Shown: positions 44,355-57,452 of the stretch, piece by piece
Layout: each line of letters begins with the position of its first letter
How positions within the stretch are numbered: position 1 is the first letter of the stretch
Source: Octopus vulgaris
Taxonomy: Eukaryota
DNA length: 64,000 nucleotides
Direction of reading: 5' to 3'
Assembly (NCBI GenBank): GCA_951406725.2
Contig: OX597822.1
Span: 106,268,001 to 106,332,000, forward strand
Notes under the pieces: model-generated
What the model was told of the DNA's origin: nothing
What the model saw: the letters and a program-made list of their open reading frames with translations, nothing else
Database searches by the model: none
Position numbers and translations under genes: made by a program

Positions 44355-44599
44355 TCGCTCTCTCACTCCCACTCGTGCTCTCTCTCTCACTCTCTTTTTC
44401 TTCCTCTCTATCTCTCTCTCTCTCTCACACACACATTTTCTCTTTCTCTCCCTCGTTCCTTCCCCCTGTCTCTCTATCTATCTATCTATCTAGCGCTCTC
44501 ACTCCCTCTCTCTTTCTATCTTTTTGTTTCTCCCTCCGTCTCTATCTCTCTTTCTCTGCATCTTTCTTTCCGTCTTCCTCTCTCTTCCTTTCTTCTCCT

Positions 44600-44644
<45 letters not shown>

Positions 44645-44735
44645 TGTCTCACCTCCTTTCTCACTCTGCCTTTATGTCTCTCTTTGTCTTTCTCTCTCTT
44701 CCTACCTCAGTTTTTCCTCTTTCTTCGTCTCATTT

Positions 44736-44783
<48 letters not shown>

Positions 44784-44960
44784 ACTCTCTTTTTCCGCCT
44801 GTCTCTGTCCCTCTTATTCTCTATATCCGCCTCTCTCATTTCCTCTCTCTCTCTATTAATCTCTCTCTCTCTCTATCTATCTATCTCTCCATCTCTCCCA
44901 TTTCCTCTCTCTTTATCTGTTTGTTTATCTATCAAACTATCTACCTATCTTTCTATATCC
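44355..44960. repeat. (CT)n-rich pyrimidine tract
   Basis: Direct reading. Confidence 0.95.
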
Positions 44961-45378
44961 TGAACACGTAAATTCCTTTTCACTAATAATCCGATGTCTG
45001 TATGTACGTATGTGCATGCGTGTATGTATATATATATTCATATATATATATATGTGTGTGAGTGTGTGCGTGTGTTTGATCTTTTTGTTGTTGTTATTGT
45101 TATAATTTAGTATTATATTTATAACATAGTCACTGATATCCTAGAGTTTTAATAGATTAAAATTAGTTATCTACCACCTTATTATTATTTTTTTTTTTTT
45201 TTGTTATGAGTTCTAGACATGTCATGACCGCAGCCTAGTTACCATTCCTAATGAAACGGCTTCAAATCCAGTCCATCTCTCACACATTCTTGATATCACC
45301 CAGATTAATCATGACCCCCCCAGCCACCCACCCACCCAAAAAAAACCTGCTAAAAATAGCCGCTAAACTATCCCCATG

Positions 45379-45440
<62 letters not shown>

Positions 45441-45823
45441 GTGGAGGCGCAATGGCCCAGTGGTTAGGGCAGCGGACTCGCGGTCATAGGATCGCGGTTT
45501 CGATTCCCAGACCGGGCGTTGTGAGTGTTTATTGAGCGAAAGCACCTAAAGCTCCACGAGGCTCCGGCAGGGGATGGTGGTGATCCCTGCTGTACTCTTT
45601 CACCACAACTTTCTCTCACTCTTACTTCCTGTTTCTGTTGTACCTGTATTTCAAAAGGGCCGGCCTTGTCACTCTCTGTGTCACGCTGAATATCCCCGAG
45701 AACTACGTTAAGGGTACACGTGTCTGTGGAGTGCTCAGCCACTTACACGTTAATTTCACGAGCAGGTTGTTCCGTTGATTCGGATCAACCGGAACCCTCG
45801 TCGTCGTAACCCACGGAGTGCTT

Positions 45824-45826
<3 letters not shown>
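45441..45826 (+). mobile_element. tRNA(Arg)-like SINE, long-tail subfamily
   Basis: Head gtggaggcgcaatggcccagtggttagggcagcggactcg..gtttcgattccc; near-identical to 50114-50501. Confidence 0.88.
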
Positions 45827-45887
<61 letters not shown>

Positions 45888-45889
45888 AA

Positions 45890-46113
45890 TTGTCCTGTAT
45901 TTAAGAAATGAGAAATTATTCGCATTATGTACATTATTTACAATTGACGGATATTTGTCCTCATCTTGTTTGTTGTTAACACAACGTTTCGGCTGATATA
46001 CCCTCCAGCCTTCATCAGGTGTCTTGGGAAAATTTCGAACCTGGGTTCTCATTCTTAAGGTATTTTTCGATGTTATTGTTTTTATTATTATTTCTTTTTT
46101 TTTTAAAGGTCAC
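45890..46113 (-). mobile_element. second, head-truncated copy of the hammerhead-tailed element
   Basis: Reverse complement matches 301-570 (gtgacctt..aacatcgaaaaata..gagaac..ccaagacacctg.tgaagg..); ends at (TA)n. Confidence 0.8.
45978..46023 (-). ncRNA. minimal type I hammerhead ribozyme, canonical core
   Basis: Reverse complement gacac-CTGATGA-a-ggctg(gagggtatat)cagcc-GAAA-c-GTT-gtgtt. Confidence 0.78.
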
Positions 46114-46182
46114 AATATTTAGCGCTCACCTGATGGAGTACTTTTTTGTCGAATTTTCTATCACGGATCAGCACATGTGTGA

Positions 46183-46250
<68 letters not shown>

Positions 46251-46904
46251 ATGTAAGTCAAAATATAAGAATTCAAGTAATCCGGTAGTACTCATAAAAA
46301 GCTCCTTCGTGTGCTATTGTGCAAGCCATATAGAATATATACTTACATACTGGAGACCAAAAGTGTATGTACGCTGCTGTATGTATATATAAAGTAAACA
46401 AAGCAAAAAATAGAACAAGAACGTGACAGGCGACAACAAAACAACCGGACAGTTAGACGATACAAAAAAAGAACAGGAACAAACAAGGATGGGTCATTCG
46501 GAGCTTTCTGTCTTCAGTCGAGTACCAGGTCGTCGTTGCAGTCTCGGCTGGTTATAATCGTGACTGCTTTAATCTGACCGGCCACAAGAAAATCTAAGCT
46601 AAGGGCATTAGATTCTTTGGAAGAAAGCAAGTGAATGTATACGAAAACAAGGACGAAAAAAAACAGTACACAATTACAAATACAAACAACAGGACATTAA
46701 CAACAGGTGTCTTTCGACTAAGGACGGATGAAATCAAGCTGCCGTCATGGGAAGGAATATAAGAGATGTTACACGGATAGTAGTCGAACCAAGAGTATAT
46801 AGTACGATGCAAGAGAAAACGATAAGGATTGTCTAAAATCACGCCTTTTTTCATATATGTAAATGTGTGTGTATGTGCTTGTGTGTGCTTGTGTGTGCGT
46901 GTAT

Positions 46905-47100
46905 ATTCTTTTACTTGTTTCAGTCATTTGACTGTAGCACCACCTTTAGTCGAATAAATCAACCCCAGGACTTCTTATTTGTAAGCCTAATACTTATTCT
47001 ATCGGTTTCTTTTTGCTGAGCCGCTAAGTTACGGGGACGTAAACACACCAGCATCGGTTGTCAAGCAATGGTGGAAAGACAAACACAGACACAAATAAAC
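46905..47100 (-). mobile_element. SINE family C 3' half
   Basis: Reverse-complement match. Confidence 0.75.
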
Positions 47101-47146
47101 AAACACATATAAATACACATATACATATATATACATACATACAGAT

Positions 47147-47183
<37 letters not shown>

Positions 47184-47769
47184 CATACATACATACATAC
47201 ATACATACATACATACATACATACATACGTATATAAACTTTAACAACAAAATCTTATATGGACATCCACCCAAGGGCCATATGGACCCCGGTTGTGAACT
47301 ACTGCTCGAAGTCGTTACTTGATTTTCTAGGTATAGCTGTCAGATTCTATCAGCGTGAAGTTTTAAAACAGGGAGAACTCATTGGATGGTGTAGAACGTG
47401 ATACTCGTAAAAAGATGGGACAGTCACAGTTGGCGCGCCTTTGATCTTCAAGCATTGCCAGCAGGATTGCCTAAAGAGTTTATTAAGAAAAACAAACACA
47501 AGCAGATTAATGACTGATGAGTGACAGAGGTTGTTAGTACTCGCTAAAGCTACTCTGCTGAAATAGCAGCCAAATCTCTCTCAAATTACATAATACCGTT
47601 AGAAGACAACAACAAAAAAAGCAGGAAGGACATATTGGTGTCTGTAAGCTGTGATAAATCATTTATAAAGAGACGAGAAGGTCACGGCTAGAATGTCTCT
47701 AGTTGTAAATCTATTCAACTAGTATTGGCCTCGATGCTAAACAGAAAAAAGCAACAATAACAGAAATAA

Positions 47770-49141
47770 AGGTTTCAAATTTTGGTACAGGGCCAGCAGT
47801 TTTTGAGGAGAATTATTTTATCAACCCCGCAAGAATGTGAGGCAAAGTCGACTTCAGCGGAATTTAAACTCAAAACGTGAAGACAGACGAAATGGCGCTA
47901 TGCATTTTTGTCCGGCATACCTACGATTCTGCCGGCACACCACCTAAATAATCTTTTCTACTACAGGTACAAGGCCTGAAATTTTAGGGAGTGCGAATAA
48001 GTTGATTTCATTGATCCCCAGTGCGTAACTGGTATTTATTTCATCGAGTCCGAAAGGATGAAAGGCAAAGTCGACCTCGGCGGAATTTGAACTCAGAACG
48101 TAGCGGAAGACGATATACCTATTCCTTTACTACCCACAAGGGGCTAAACACAGAGAGGACAAACAAGGACAGACAAACGGATTAAGTCGATTATATCGAC
48201 CCCAGTGCGTAACTGGTACTTATTTAATCGGCCCCGAAAAGATGAAAGGCAAAGTCGACCTCGGCGGAATTTGAACTCAGAACATAAAGACGGGCGAAAT
48301 GCCGCTAAGCATTTTGACCGGCGTGCTTACGATTCCTCCAGCTCGCCGCCTTAAGACTGATTTCAAATTCTGGTGCAAGGCCAACTATTTCAGGGAAGTG
48401 GTTAAGTCATTTAAATCAACTCCAGTGTTCGACTGGTATTTATTCGACCGACACCGAAAAGATAAAAATCAAAGCCGACCTCGGCAGGATTCGAACTCGG
48501 AAGGTGAGGACGAGCGAAATGCCGGTGCGCTAACGATTCTTATTTCTTTACTGCCCACAAGGGACTAAACACAGAGGGGACAAACAAAGACAGACAAACG
48601 GATTGAGTCGATTATATCGACTCCAGTGCATAACTGGTACTTATTTAATCGACCCCGAAAGGATGAAAGGCAAAGTCGACCTCGGCGGAATTTGAACTCA
48701 GAACGTAACGGCAGACGAAATACCTATTTCTTTACTACCCACAAGGGGCCACACACAGAGGGGACAAACAAGGACAGACATAGGTATCAAGTCGATTATA
48801 TCGACCCCAGTGCGCAACTGGTACTTATTTAATCGACCCCGAGAGGATGAAAGGCAAAGTCGACCTCGGCGGAATTTGAACTCAGAACGTAACGGCAGAT
48901 GAAATACCTATTTCTTTACCACCCACAAGGGGCTACACACAGAGGGGACAAACAAGGACAGACAAACGGATTGAGTCGATTATATCGACTCCAGTGCGTA
49001 ACTGGTACTTAATGTATCGACCCCGAAAGGATGAAAGGCAAAGTCGACCTCGGCGGAATTTGAACTCAGAACGTAGCGGTAGACGAAATACCGCTAAGCG
49101 TTTCATCCAGTGCGCTAACGATTCTACTTGCTCGCTGCCTT
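47770..49141 (-). mobile_element. SINE family M array (about 7 units, including a tandem trimer)
   Basis: Repeated ggatgaaaggcaaagtcgacctcggcggaatttgaactcag; 184 bp period between 48717 and 48901. Confidence 0.9.
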
Positions 49142-49424
49142 AATATTAACAGTAATAATAACAAGCAGGTTAACTTCCACCACAACTGCTCCCCATCCTT
49201 AATGAATGCGCTAATTAAGGAAAATCAATGAACAAACCTTAACGTTTCATGCTTAATTATAACCTCTTTTTTTATATGTTAATCCAACCGAATTTTCAAA
49301 CTCGTTCTATCCTACATGGAAAAGGCTACAATGTATGTATTATTTAGTATACAGGTACCAACCCACTCTAAAGTATTTTCTTTCAAGCCTATATTTATTA
49401 TTCATAATCAATGTCACTACATTC

Positions 49425-49451
49425 CATGTGTGTGTGTGTGTGTGCGCATTT

Positions 49452-49489
<38 letters not shown>

Positions 49490-49551
49490 GGAGAGAGAGA
49501 GAGAGAGCGAGAGAGAGAGAGAGAGAAAGAGAGAGCGAGAGAGAGAGAGAG

Positions 49552-49588
<37 letters not shown>

Positions 49589-49975
49589 TATGTATATATA
49601 TATGTGTGTGTATATATATGCATATATATATATATAAATATATAAATATATGTATATACATACATACATACATACATACATACATACATACATACATACA
49701 TACATACATACGTACGTACACGTGTATTTATCAATGTATGAATATATGTGTGTATATATGAGATATGTAGATGTAGATAGAGGGACAGATAGATAGAAAG
49801 ACAGGCAGACAGGCAGGCAGGCAGGCAGACAAACAGACGGACGGACGGACGGACGGACGGACGTACGGACGGACGTTCGGACGGACGGACGGGAGGAAGG
49901 GTGGGAAGAAAGGAGGAAGGAAGGGAGGGAGGAAAGAAGGAAGGAAAGGAAGGAAGGAAGGAAGAAAGAAGGAAA
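49425..49975. repeat. compound microsatellite series (TG)(TA)(GA)(GATA)(CATA)(GGCA)(GGAC)(GGAA)
   Basis: Direct reading. Confidence 0.95.
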
Positions 49976-50113
49976 ATGATATCAATGCAGGCCAGTGAAT
50001 ATCTTGAAATAAATGCCACCAGACTTGGTCTTTCCTCCTCAACTCTAGACTTCCTGCACAACACTGAGCTGAGCCCTACATCTCTCTACTGCAATAAATT
50101 GTACTGTTGCGCA

Positions 50114-50501
50114 GTGGAGGCGCAATGGCCCAGTGGTTAGGGCAGCCGACTCGTGGCCATAGGATCGCGGTTTCGATTGCCAGACCGGGCGTTGTGAGTG
50201 TTTATTGAGCGAAAACACCTAAAAGTTCCACGAGGCTCCGGCAGGGGATGGTGGTGATCCCTGCTGTACTCTTTCACCACAACTTTCTCTCTTACTTCCT
50301 GTTTCTGTTGTACCTGTATTTCAAAGGGCCGGCCTTGTCACTCTCCGTGTCACGCTGAATATCCCCGAGAACTACGTTAAGGGTGCACGTGTCTGTGGAG
50401 TGCTCAGCCACTTACACGTTAATTTCACGAGCAGGCTGTTCCGTTGATTCGGATCAACCGGAACCCTCGTCGTCGTAACCGACGGAGTGCTTCCATATCC
50501 C
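50114..50501 (+). mobile_element. tRNA(Arg)-like SINE with TSD
   Basis: 11 bp TSD actgttgcgca at 50103-50113 and 50502-50512. Confidence 0.9.
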
Positions 50502-52009
50502 ACTGTTGCGCAATACCACAGCATTGCACTACATTCCCACACTCATCTACGACGTCACATTATTGTACAACAGTTTGGCAAAATACCATTCACCACATTA
50601 CACCGCGTTATTTCAGAACGTCACTACAACTTTGATCATAAATCGGATCGATTAGGGCTGACATGAAGCTAAACAACAATAAGAAGAAAAAAATAGCAGC
50701 AACGGTAATTACAGGAGCAACAACAACACTAACAACAACAATAGCAACAACAACAACAACAACTACAACAACAACAACAACCACACCTACAGTGACAATG
50801 CCCAGCAAAAATGGTAATAGGGGCAACAACCGCTACATCAAAAATAACGGTAGCAATGATGTCAACAACATCGAAAAACGACAGCAACAAAACTGCAAAA
50901 CAACAACCACAATAACAATAACAATAGGAGTAACGACAAGGGAATAACAAGAGCAGTGACAACAACAACAAGAACGACAACAGCTCAATGTGATCTGCTT
51001 TGATCGTTGCATATTCTCTTAAAACTAAGAGTTGCTAAATAGTTTCTGATTTTAAAACATTTCCTTCGTCCCACGGCACTCAATTCTCCTTCAAACTCCA
51101 CCCTTGCATCTTAAGCAAAAACAAAAATTATTGTATAATGTTGTCAAAGGTATAGTTTGCTAGAAAAAAAATTATGAAGAAATGGTCATAGGTTGAATGC
51201 TTTTAATCACAGGTCTATCTGGTTCACTGTTAACCAAGGGCTACACATCAACATCAACAATAACAACCACGACTATCACCACCACCACAACGAAAGTGCT
51301 GCACCTTTTCTCACTAAAGATGAAAGACTTAGTTACAACCTCAATATTGCATTTATATCTGATCCATAAAACCATGATTTTTATTAACAATAGCAGCAGC
51401 AGCAACAACATAAATCGACTGCAGTAACAACAACAACAACAACAGCAACAACAACACAATCAATAACAGTGTGGTCTGCTTTGATCGTTGCTTGATCTCT
51501 CTTAAAACTGTGAGCTACTAAATATTTACTGATTCAGAAAGATACATGCCTGGGAGATTACGTGACTTTACGTGACGTTACGTGACATTGCGTGATCTTA
51601 TGTATCATAATGTGGCATTATATGACATTATAGGATGTTTTATGGCTGTCAAAATAAAACGAGCTAAGGGAATTAACTCAAATGTAGTCATGGCATATAT
51701 TTGGGTACTCGAGTGAAAGGATGAAGTGTTGAATGGCGAGCGTAAAGAAAAAAATTCATAGTTAATTGAAATTTCGCATTTAATTGAAGAAAATGGAGGG
51801 GGGGACATCTAACAGTAATTGTTAGTATTTCTCGAAGAAAAGAGGGTGGTGATATAAAATATTAACACTGTTTTGAGAGTCACATTCGGTTCTCAGACGT
51901 TTCCTATGACATATTTGGGAGCCATAATATGGCTCTCAAATCTGTGTTCAAATAAGGGAAGATAACTTTCTTGAACGTAGCAAATGAAATCTGTTGACAC
52001 TATTCAACA

Positions 52010-52160
52010 TACGAAATGAGACAAGTTTTACGTATGAAACGAGACGGATTTCATGTGTGAAATAAAACAGGTTTCATCCATGAGATGAAACCTGTTTCAT
52101 CTCTGTAATGAAATAGGTTGCATCTATGAGTTAAGACAGACTTCGTTTACAAAATGAACC
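52010..52160. repeat. degenerate ~23 bp palindromic minisatellite
   Basis: Units such as tgaaataaaacaggtttcatcca, tgagatgaaacctgtttcatctc, tgtaatgaaataggttgcatcta. Confidence 0.6.
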
Positions 52161-53574
52161 AACTTTGCGGCAAGAGGTGCAGATGAGGGCAGCTGCATCA
52201 AACTCTCTCATGCACCAAATGTCAATTGCTAAAAAGCATTCGTGAAGTAAAATCATGTAGCAACACCAAATGGCCACAGCTCGTGAGCTGAAACTAGATG
52301 AAATGAAATGAGGTTATATGTTAGACTTGTTTCAAGCTAAAAGTCATATGTTGTCTTCAAAATGTAGGAAAATCAGAATAAATTTCTGATATCAATAATT
52401 TTATGTTTCGTCTGTATTATAATAATTTATAATGCTGTGGAGGAATAAAGGAGAGAACAACGACGATGAATCAGAAACGATGGGAAGTGATGTCACGTCA
52501 AGTAGAGGCCGGTTCAAATGGCCTCTTTTCTTCACGGTGCATCGTGCTGGACTGACGGTTTTTTGTGTATGATTTTCAGGGAGTAGTTCATTCTGGTCAG
52601 AAGCTCGGATAGAGGGCGCCTGGGGATACGACTGTTAAGTTTTGCTGGTTCCTATAACCCGACGTTTGGATTTACGGCTGCCGGTTGCATCTCGAACTAA
52701 GAGTAATCTTTATATGTGCATTACACCCACAAATACTGACGACACATAAAATTATTTATTTGAAATGGAAAATATTCTTTGATAAAATAAACATGAAATT
52801 TATTAAAAGGAAAATATGTGGAAATAAACTACATAAATGTAATTTCATTGATTATAACTATTAGTATTTTTAAAATAAAAAGGAATGAAATCTGAGAAGC
52901 AAAAGAAGCCCTCAAATGCCTGACAAGTAATAAAAATTTTCCCGCGTCTTCAAAGTCCGATATATCTCCAGGTTTTTGTGATGTGTATATGTTTTCTTGA
53001 AAGGCATAATGAAAAAGCAATTTAAATTATATAGGGAAAACATCGTGAGTAACCTCATCTGATTTTGCCTTCGATAGTGAAAGAGTTATGAATTATTTTC
53101 TCAAATTAATTGACATGTTTAGGGAAAGAACAGTTTGACGAATGTTAGAAGGCAAATAAACCTTTTGGTCTACTGCACGTTGTCGGTATTAGACAGTTTG
53201 ACCATGCCTTCAGATCAGTGGAAAGAGTTTTACATATAAGAAAATAAGTGAGAATATTTATGGCCGGAATAATTTCTTATATTTAGAAATAAAATTAGCC
53301 AAGGGAAATAATTTAAGAGTACCAATGACCCAAATTTGTATAATTAAGTTAAGTATGACGTACTGGATGCCACACACACACACACACACACAAATAACTA
53401 AGTTTTTGCTTTTAGTTGGAGGAAGTAAGCAAAAACCTACAGGTAAATGTTAAAGACTATCAAAAAAAAAATTGAGGATACTTTCCAGGACTTCACAATT
53501 AATTTCTCAAAATAATTTATACATTTAAAGGAAGGAATTTTTTATATTCGTTTGCAGCAAAAGGTACAACAAGG

Positions 53575-53606
53575 GACATTTGTTTCGGTCTCTTAAACCT
53601 CATCAG
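53575..53606 (-). ncRNA. hammerhead core relic (stem I not evident)
   Basis: Reverse complement CTGATGA-ggttt(aag)agacc-GAAAC-aaat-GTC. Confidence 0.45.
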
Positions 53607-54412
53607 AATAATGCAATCTAAAATAGTATACAGAACAAGGAAGAGATTATTACATATAGGGAAAATGTTATAAATATTCGTGGCCTGTTTACTGTTTCCA
53701 TATGATAAATTCTGCCTAGATTCAGAATGTGGGTTTTTTTTCGTTTTTTTTTTTTTTGTAAATTATAACATATTTTATGTCTGATGAACTATAGTCTCTA
53801 TATGATCAGACGATCTGCTAAATTTTGTAGCCAAATCTCCATTAAATCACACTCTGACAGAGAAAGAGTTATATAGGATAATGTATTCGGAGATGCACTA
53901 TGGCAAGCAAACATAAAACAGGTTTGTCCTGGCTGGAACATCCTTTTAAGTCTAAGGCCGTCTGGTCGGTAAATAACGATAACATAACTTAGTGTTGTAG
54001 TTGTTGTTGTTGCTGCTGCTGCTGCTTTTGCTGTTGTTGTTGTTGTTGTTGTTTAGTTTTTGGGCAGCTCTGATTGAGCGAGTTATAATTGAAGGTTTCC
54101 AAGTTGTGAATTCCAGTCTTGTTTCGTGAGGGAAAACAGTATATCTACGACTGTAATGTTCAGAACTCTTCCTTCTGTAAATACTGTAATGTGTGAATTG
54201 AAAGAGATTTCGCTGATATTTCGTAGCAGAGTAAGCAACAGCCGTGAGGTTTCTACGTTGATAACTTTGCTCTGGTTATTGCTGCTGCTGCTGCTGCTGC
54301 TGTTGTTGTTGTTGTTGTTGTTGTTGTTATTAAGCAACAAGACGGGTAAGGGTGATTAGGTGATGGTCTAGGGCTTAGGAGCGGGAGACCCCAGACCTTG
54401 GAAAAACATTTT

Positions 54413-54622
54413 TTAAAACTTTGGTCGTCCTGTTTTAATCGAGGGCTCTTCGTTGACGCCCGACACCACTGGGAGGTGGCCCTCGAAGTCGCTGGAAATG
54501 GAGATCTCCGGGTCCAAATTCTTGAACGGGTGCGGCTGCTGCTGATGATGATGATGCTGATGCTGTTGCTGTTGCTGTGGTCGTTGTCGTTGAGCCCCAC
54601 AACATACAAGATTTATAAACAT
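54413..54622 (-). CDS. possible short Gln/His-rich coding exon of an unknown gene
   Basis: MFINLVCCGAQRQRPQQQQQHQHHHHQQQPHPFKNLDPEISISSDFEGHLPVV..; GC-richer unique sequence; no homology recognised. Confidence 0.25.
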   Translation of the reverse strand: MFINLVCCGAQRQRPQQQQQHQHHHHQQQPHPFKNLDPEISISSDFEGHLPVVSGVNEEPSIKTGRPKF

Positions 54623-54724
54623 TTGTTACCACACGGTTTCATTTTCAGGAATAACGTAACTAAAATTATATTACTGAGTGTGCCCTTCAATTTTTTAACG
54701 TTTTTCTGAAGTCGGTGGATTTAC

Positions 54725-55504
54725 AAGATATAGCCCTCCCCCTCCCCGATCATTACAGATCCTCTTCCATATTTAACAGTTGGAAGAAAGCAGTCTGGGT
54801 CGAATGCTTCTTTTGGCTGTCTCCACACGCATAATCGGCCGGTGGTCGGAAATAGGGGTAATGGATGACTCGTCCGAGAAAATAATTTTCTTCCACTGCT
54901 CTAGGGACCAATTCTCTAGGTTTTTACTCCACTCTAAACACTTTGCAACATTCGTTTTTGAAAGTAGTGGTTTTCTGATTGCAGCCCTCCCGTGAAATCC
55001 GGCTTTGTGCAGCTCCCGGCGAACAGTATTTTCTCTTTTTTGTGAAACTGGGTTCTCGACGTGGTCATTAAGCTCTGCAGTAATTTTGGGAACTGTAATT
55101 TTGTGATCTTTTCTAAAAATTCGCGTGAGAGTCCGACGGTCTCTATCTGAAAGTTTTGGTTTTCTTCCTGAGTTTTGTTTCGACGAGGAGGTTTTTCTCT
55201 CTTCTCTTTCTCAAAGGCTGTCATTACTTCGAGACAGTAATTCTTGATACACCAAACATTTCGGTTATTTTCGTTACGCTAGCACCTGCCATACGAGCAC
55301 CAACAATTTGACCTCTTTTATTTTTATGAATTTTAATTAACTTTTTCTGATGATATCTGAAAAGAAACATCAATTTTAGCAAAACATATTAAGCAACACT
55401 AATAATAAAACATAAAAATAAACAAGCTTTTGATGGTTTTATAAATATTTCAAAATTATGATGCTTCGGATGCTAGATGTTTCCATTATTTTGTTCAACC
55501 CCTG
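54725..55504 (-). mobile_element. Tc1-like transposon, partial second copy
   Basis: Aligns with ~17780-18496; one TIR agatgtttccattattttgttcaacccctg-ta. Confidence 0.85.
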
Positions 55505-55634
55505 TATATTTGTGTGTGTGTTTGTCCCCTCACCGTTGCTTGACAACCGATGTTGATGAGTTTACGCCCCTGTAACTTAGCAGTTCAGCAAATGAGACCG
55601 CTAGAATAGGTACTAGGCTTACAAAGAATAAGGT

Positions 55635-56140
55635 ACATTTACGCCTACTTACGCATCGCTTGTTATGGAGTTCTTAAAACAGAAGTTGTACCAAGACGTG
55701 GAGACCATATTCAACATTGACTTTGTCCGACATATTGAATCTTCATGAAAACTTTATTTATATTTATCATATGGAAAAAAAGTTTGATGAAGCCCTGGGA
55801 GAAATTTCTAGTATTTTATATAAACCACACAGTTCACAAGAAAGACAAGTAATTATGAATTGGTTTTTCTAAGTATTCTAATAATTAAAAATAGAACCCA
55901 TATAAAAACTGACATTTTTTACATCGATATGCATCAATATTTAAATTTCAGTTCCTACCACCAGATTTATACACAAATAATATGCCATGCTGTCTAAATC
56001 GGAAAGCATGTACAATAACTGAAGTCTACGAAACAATCGCCTGCAAGAGCTGGAAGGATTCATAACTGCCCAAGAATATATGCAAAAGACAAATAAACCC
56101 CATGCAACAACTCCGTAAGATACCCCTTATAACACATGAC
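55635..56140 (+). pseudogene. PLE reverse transcriptase remnant
   Basis: PTYASLVMEFLKQKLY, IFIIW, ELVFLSILIIK..IKTDIFY.DMHQYLNFSSYH, NRLQELEGF (PLE RT/thumb pattern). Confidence 0.75.
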
Positions 56141-56217
56141 ACGTGCAGTTTGCGGTTTTTTTTGCCGTAGCAAGAGCAAATATGACGCTCCTTGTACAGA
56201 GTTCACTACTGCATTAA

Positions 56218-56614
56218 TCTATATAAATAAAGCTGAAGTTGTCTGCGTATGGCAGGTTTGGTAGCCTTCAACTAACATTATCTCCTCCGAGACCCTGCGG
56301 CGCAAGTTGACCAAAATTGAGAACCTGATAGAAGAAGGCTTGCTCTTTATTCTGTAGAAAACAAAATTCAAATCGGACCATGTTAAGACCAAAAGTTATT
56401 TAGATCAAAAAGGTGATTTTTTTTTTCTATGAAAATCCCTATTTTTTACGATATTTTTGACTGCTGTGTTGCCATTTTTCGGTGTATTTCAACCAGAAAA
56501 ATATTCACTTAAAGAGAATAATAACAAGCTACATAATGTAAAATTTTTACTTTTCAAAAATTCCAATTCTAAAAGGTCGAAACAAACCCGAGCAACGCCG
56601 GGTGATACTGCTAG
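56218..56614 (+). mobile_element. non-autonomous Helitron
   Basis: A^TC start (tctatataaataaa), subterminal hairpin cccg-agcaacgc-cggg (56587-56602), CTAG^T end, no TSD. Confidence 0.8.
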
Positions 56615-57423
56615 TTAATCGATAAAGTAAACACAATTCGAAGAGAATGACAGGAAAATGTTAAACTATTATTGAGTCCAGCAAAATTCGACAAGGACAA
56701 GGATAGGTGGTACCTGAAGTGCAAGTCTATAATAACGGTTGATTCGGTACTTAGTGAGATATTAAAAGCAGTAGTGAATTACATACAAAATCCGGTACCA
56801 CAATATATCCAAAAGCTGATACCATTTGTAAAAACAAAAATCTTATATATACCATTGAATGAAGCCATTGCAAAATTATTTATATTGGATAAACATGAAA
56901 TGCGTTGACTGAGAGGGTGCGGATGCACTGGCAACACATAACACAACCGCAGTACAAAAAAGTATTCTGTTAAACAAACAGCTGGATAATTGTAGTGGAC
57001 GAACTTTTACCATTTGGGGGTTTTCTTTAATGAATAGAAGGTCCATTAAAGAGAAATACTCTATTGAAAAACTCAAATGTAAGTTATTAATGTACATTAG
57101 ACATTATTAATAAGAGCATTTAGCCTAAATTCACAGGCTGCACTAGTAATCTTTTGTTAGTAAGGCTACAACGATGCTATTCACTGGAAACTTTTATAAC
57201 AGAAAATATGAAAATACGAGTGAATTGTGATTATATGCTTAAAATCTGACAATGCTGGAATTTTTGGCAGCATAAGTTTTCCAATACAAAATTGTTCTAA
57301 TATAAATGAAACATAAATGGAAATGCAATGAACAAAAATAAAACTAAAAATACAACACAGAAATAACAAGTTTTAACAGATATTATATTAATTAAACGAT
57401 TAAAAAGGAAAAGGAAAGAGTCA

Positions 57424-57452
57424 TAACCTTTCGGACGTTAGTCCTTCACCAG
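57424..57452 (-). ncRNA. hammerhead relic (core CUGGUGA) in a probable PLE 3' end
   Basis: Reverse complement CTGGTGA-a-ggac(taac)gtcc-GAAA-ggt-TA; weak GIY-YIG C-terminal-like FYLGIL ~200 bp upstream on the same strand. Confidence 0.45.

Noticed and set aside
47770-49141. CRISPR-like periodic array
   Set aside because: Whole 184 bp units repeat with no unique spacers; they are SINE multimers in eukaryotic DNA with no cas genes.
56672-56908. 78 aa ORF after the Helitron
   Set aside because: Non-ATG start and no recognisable motif; length expected by chance.
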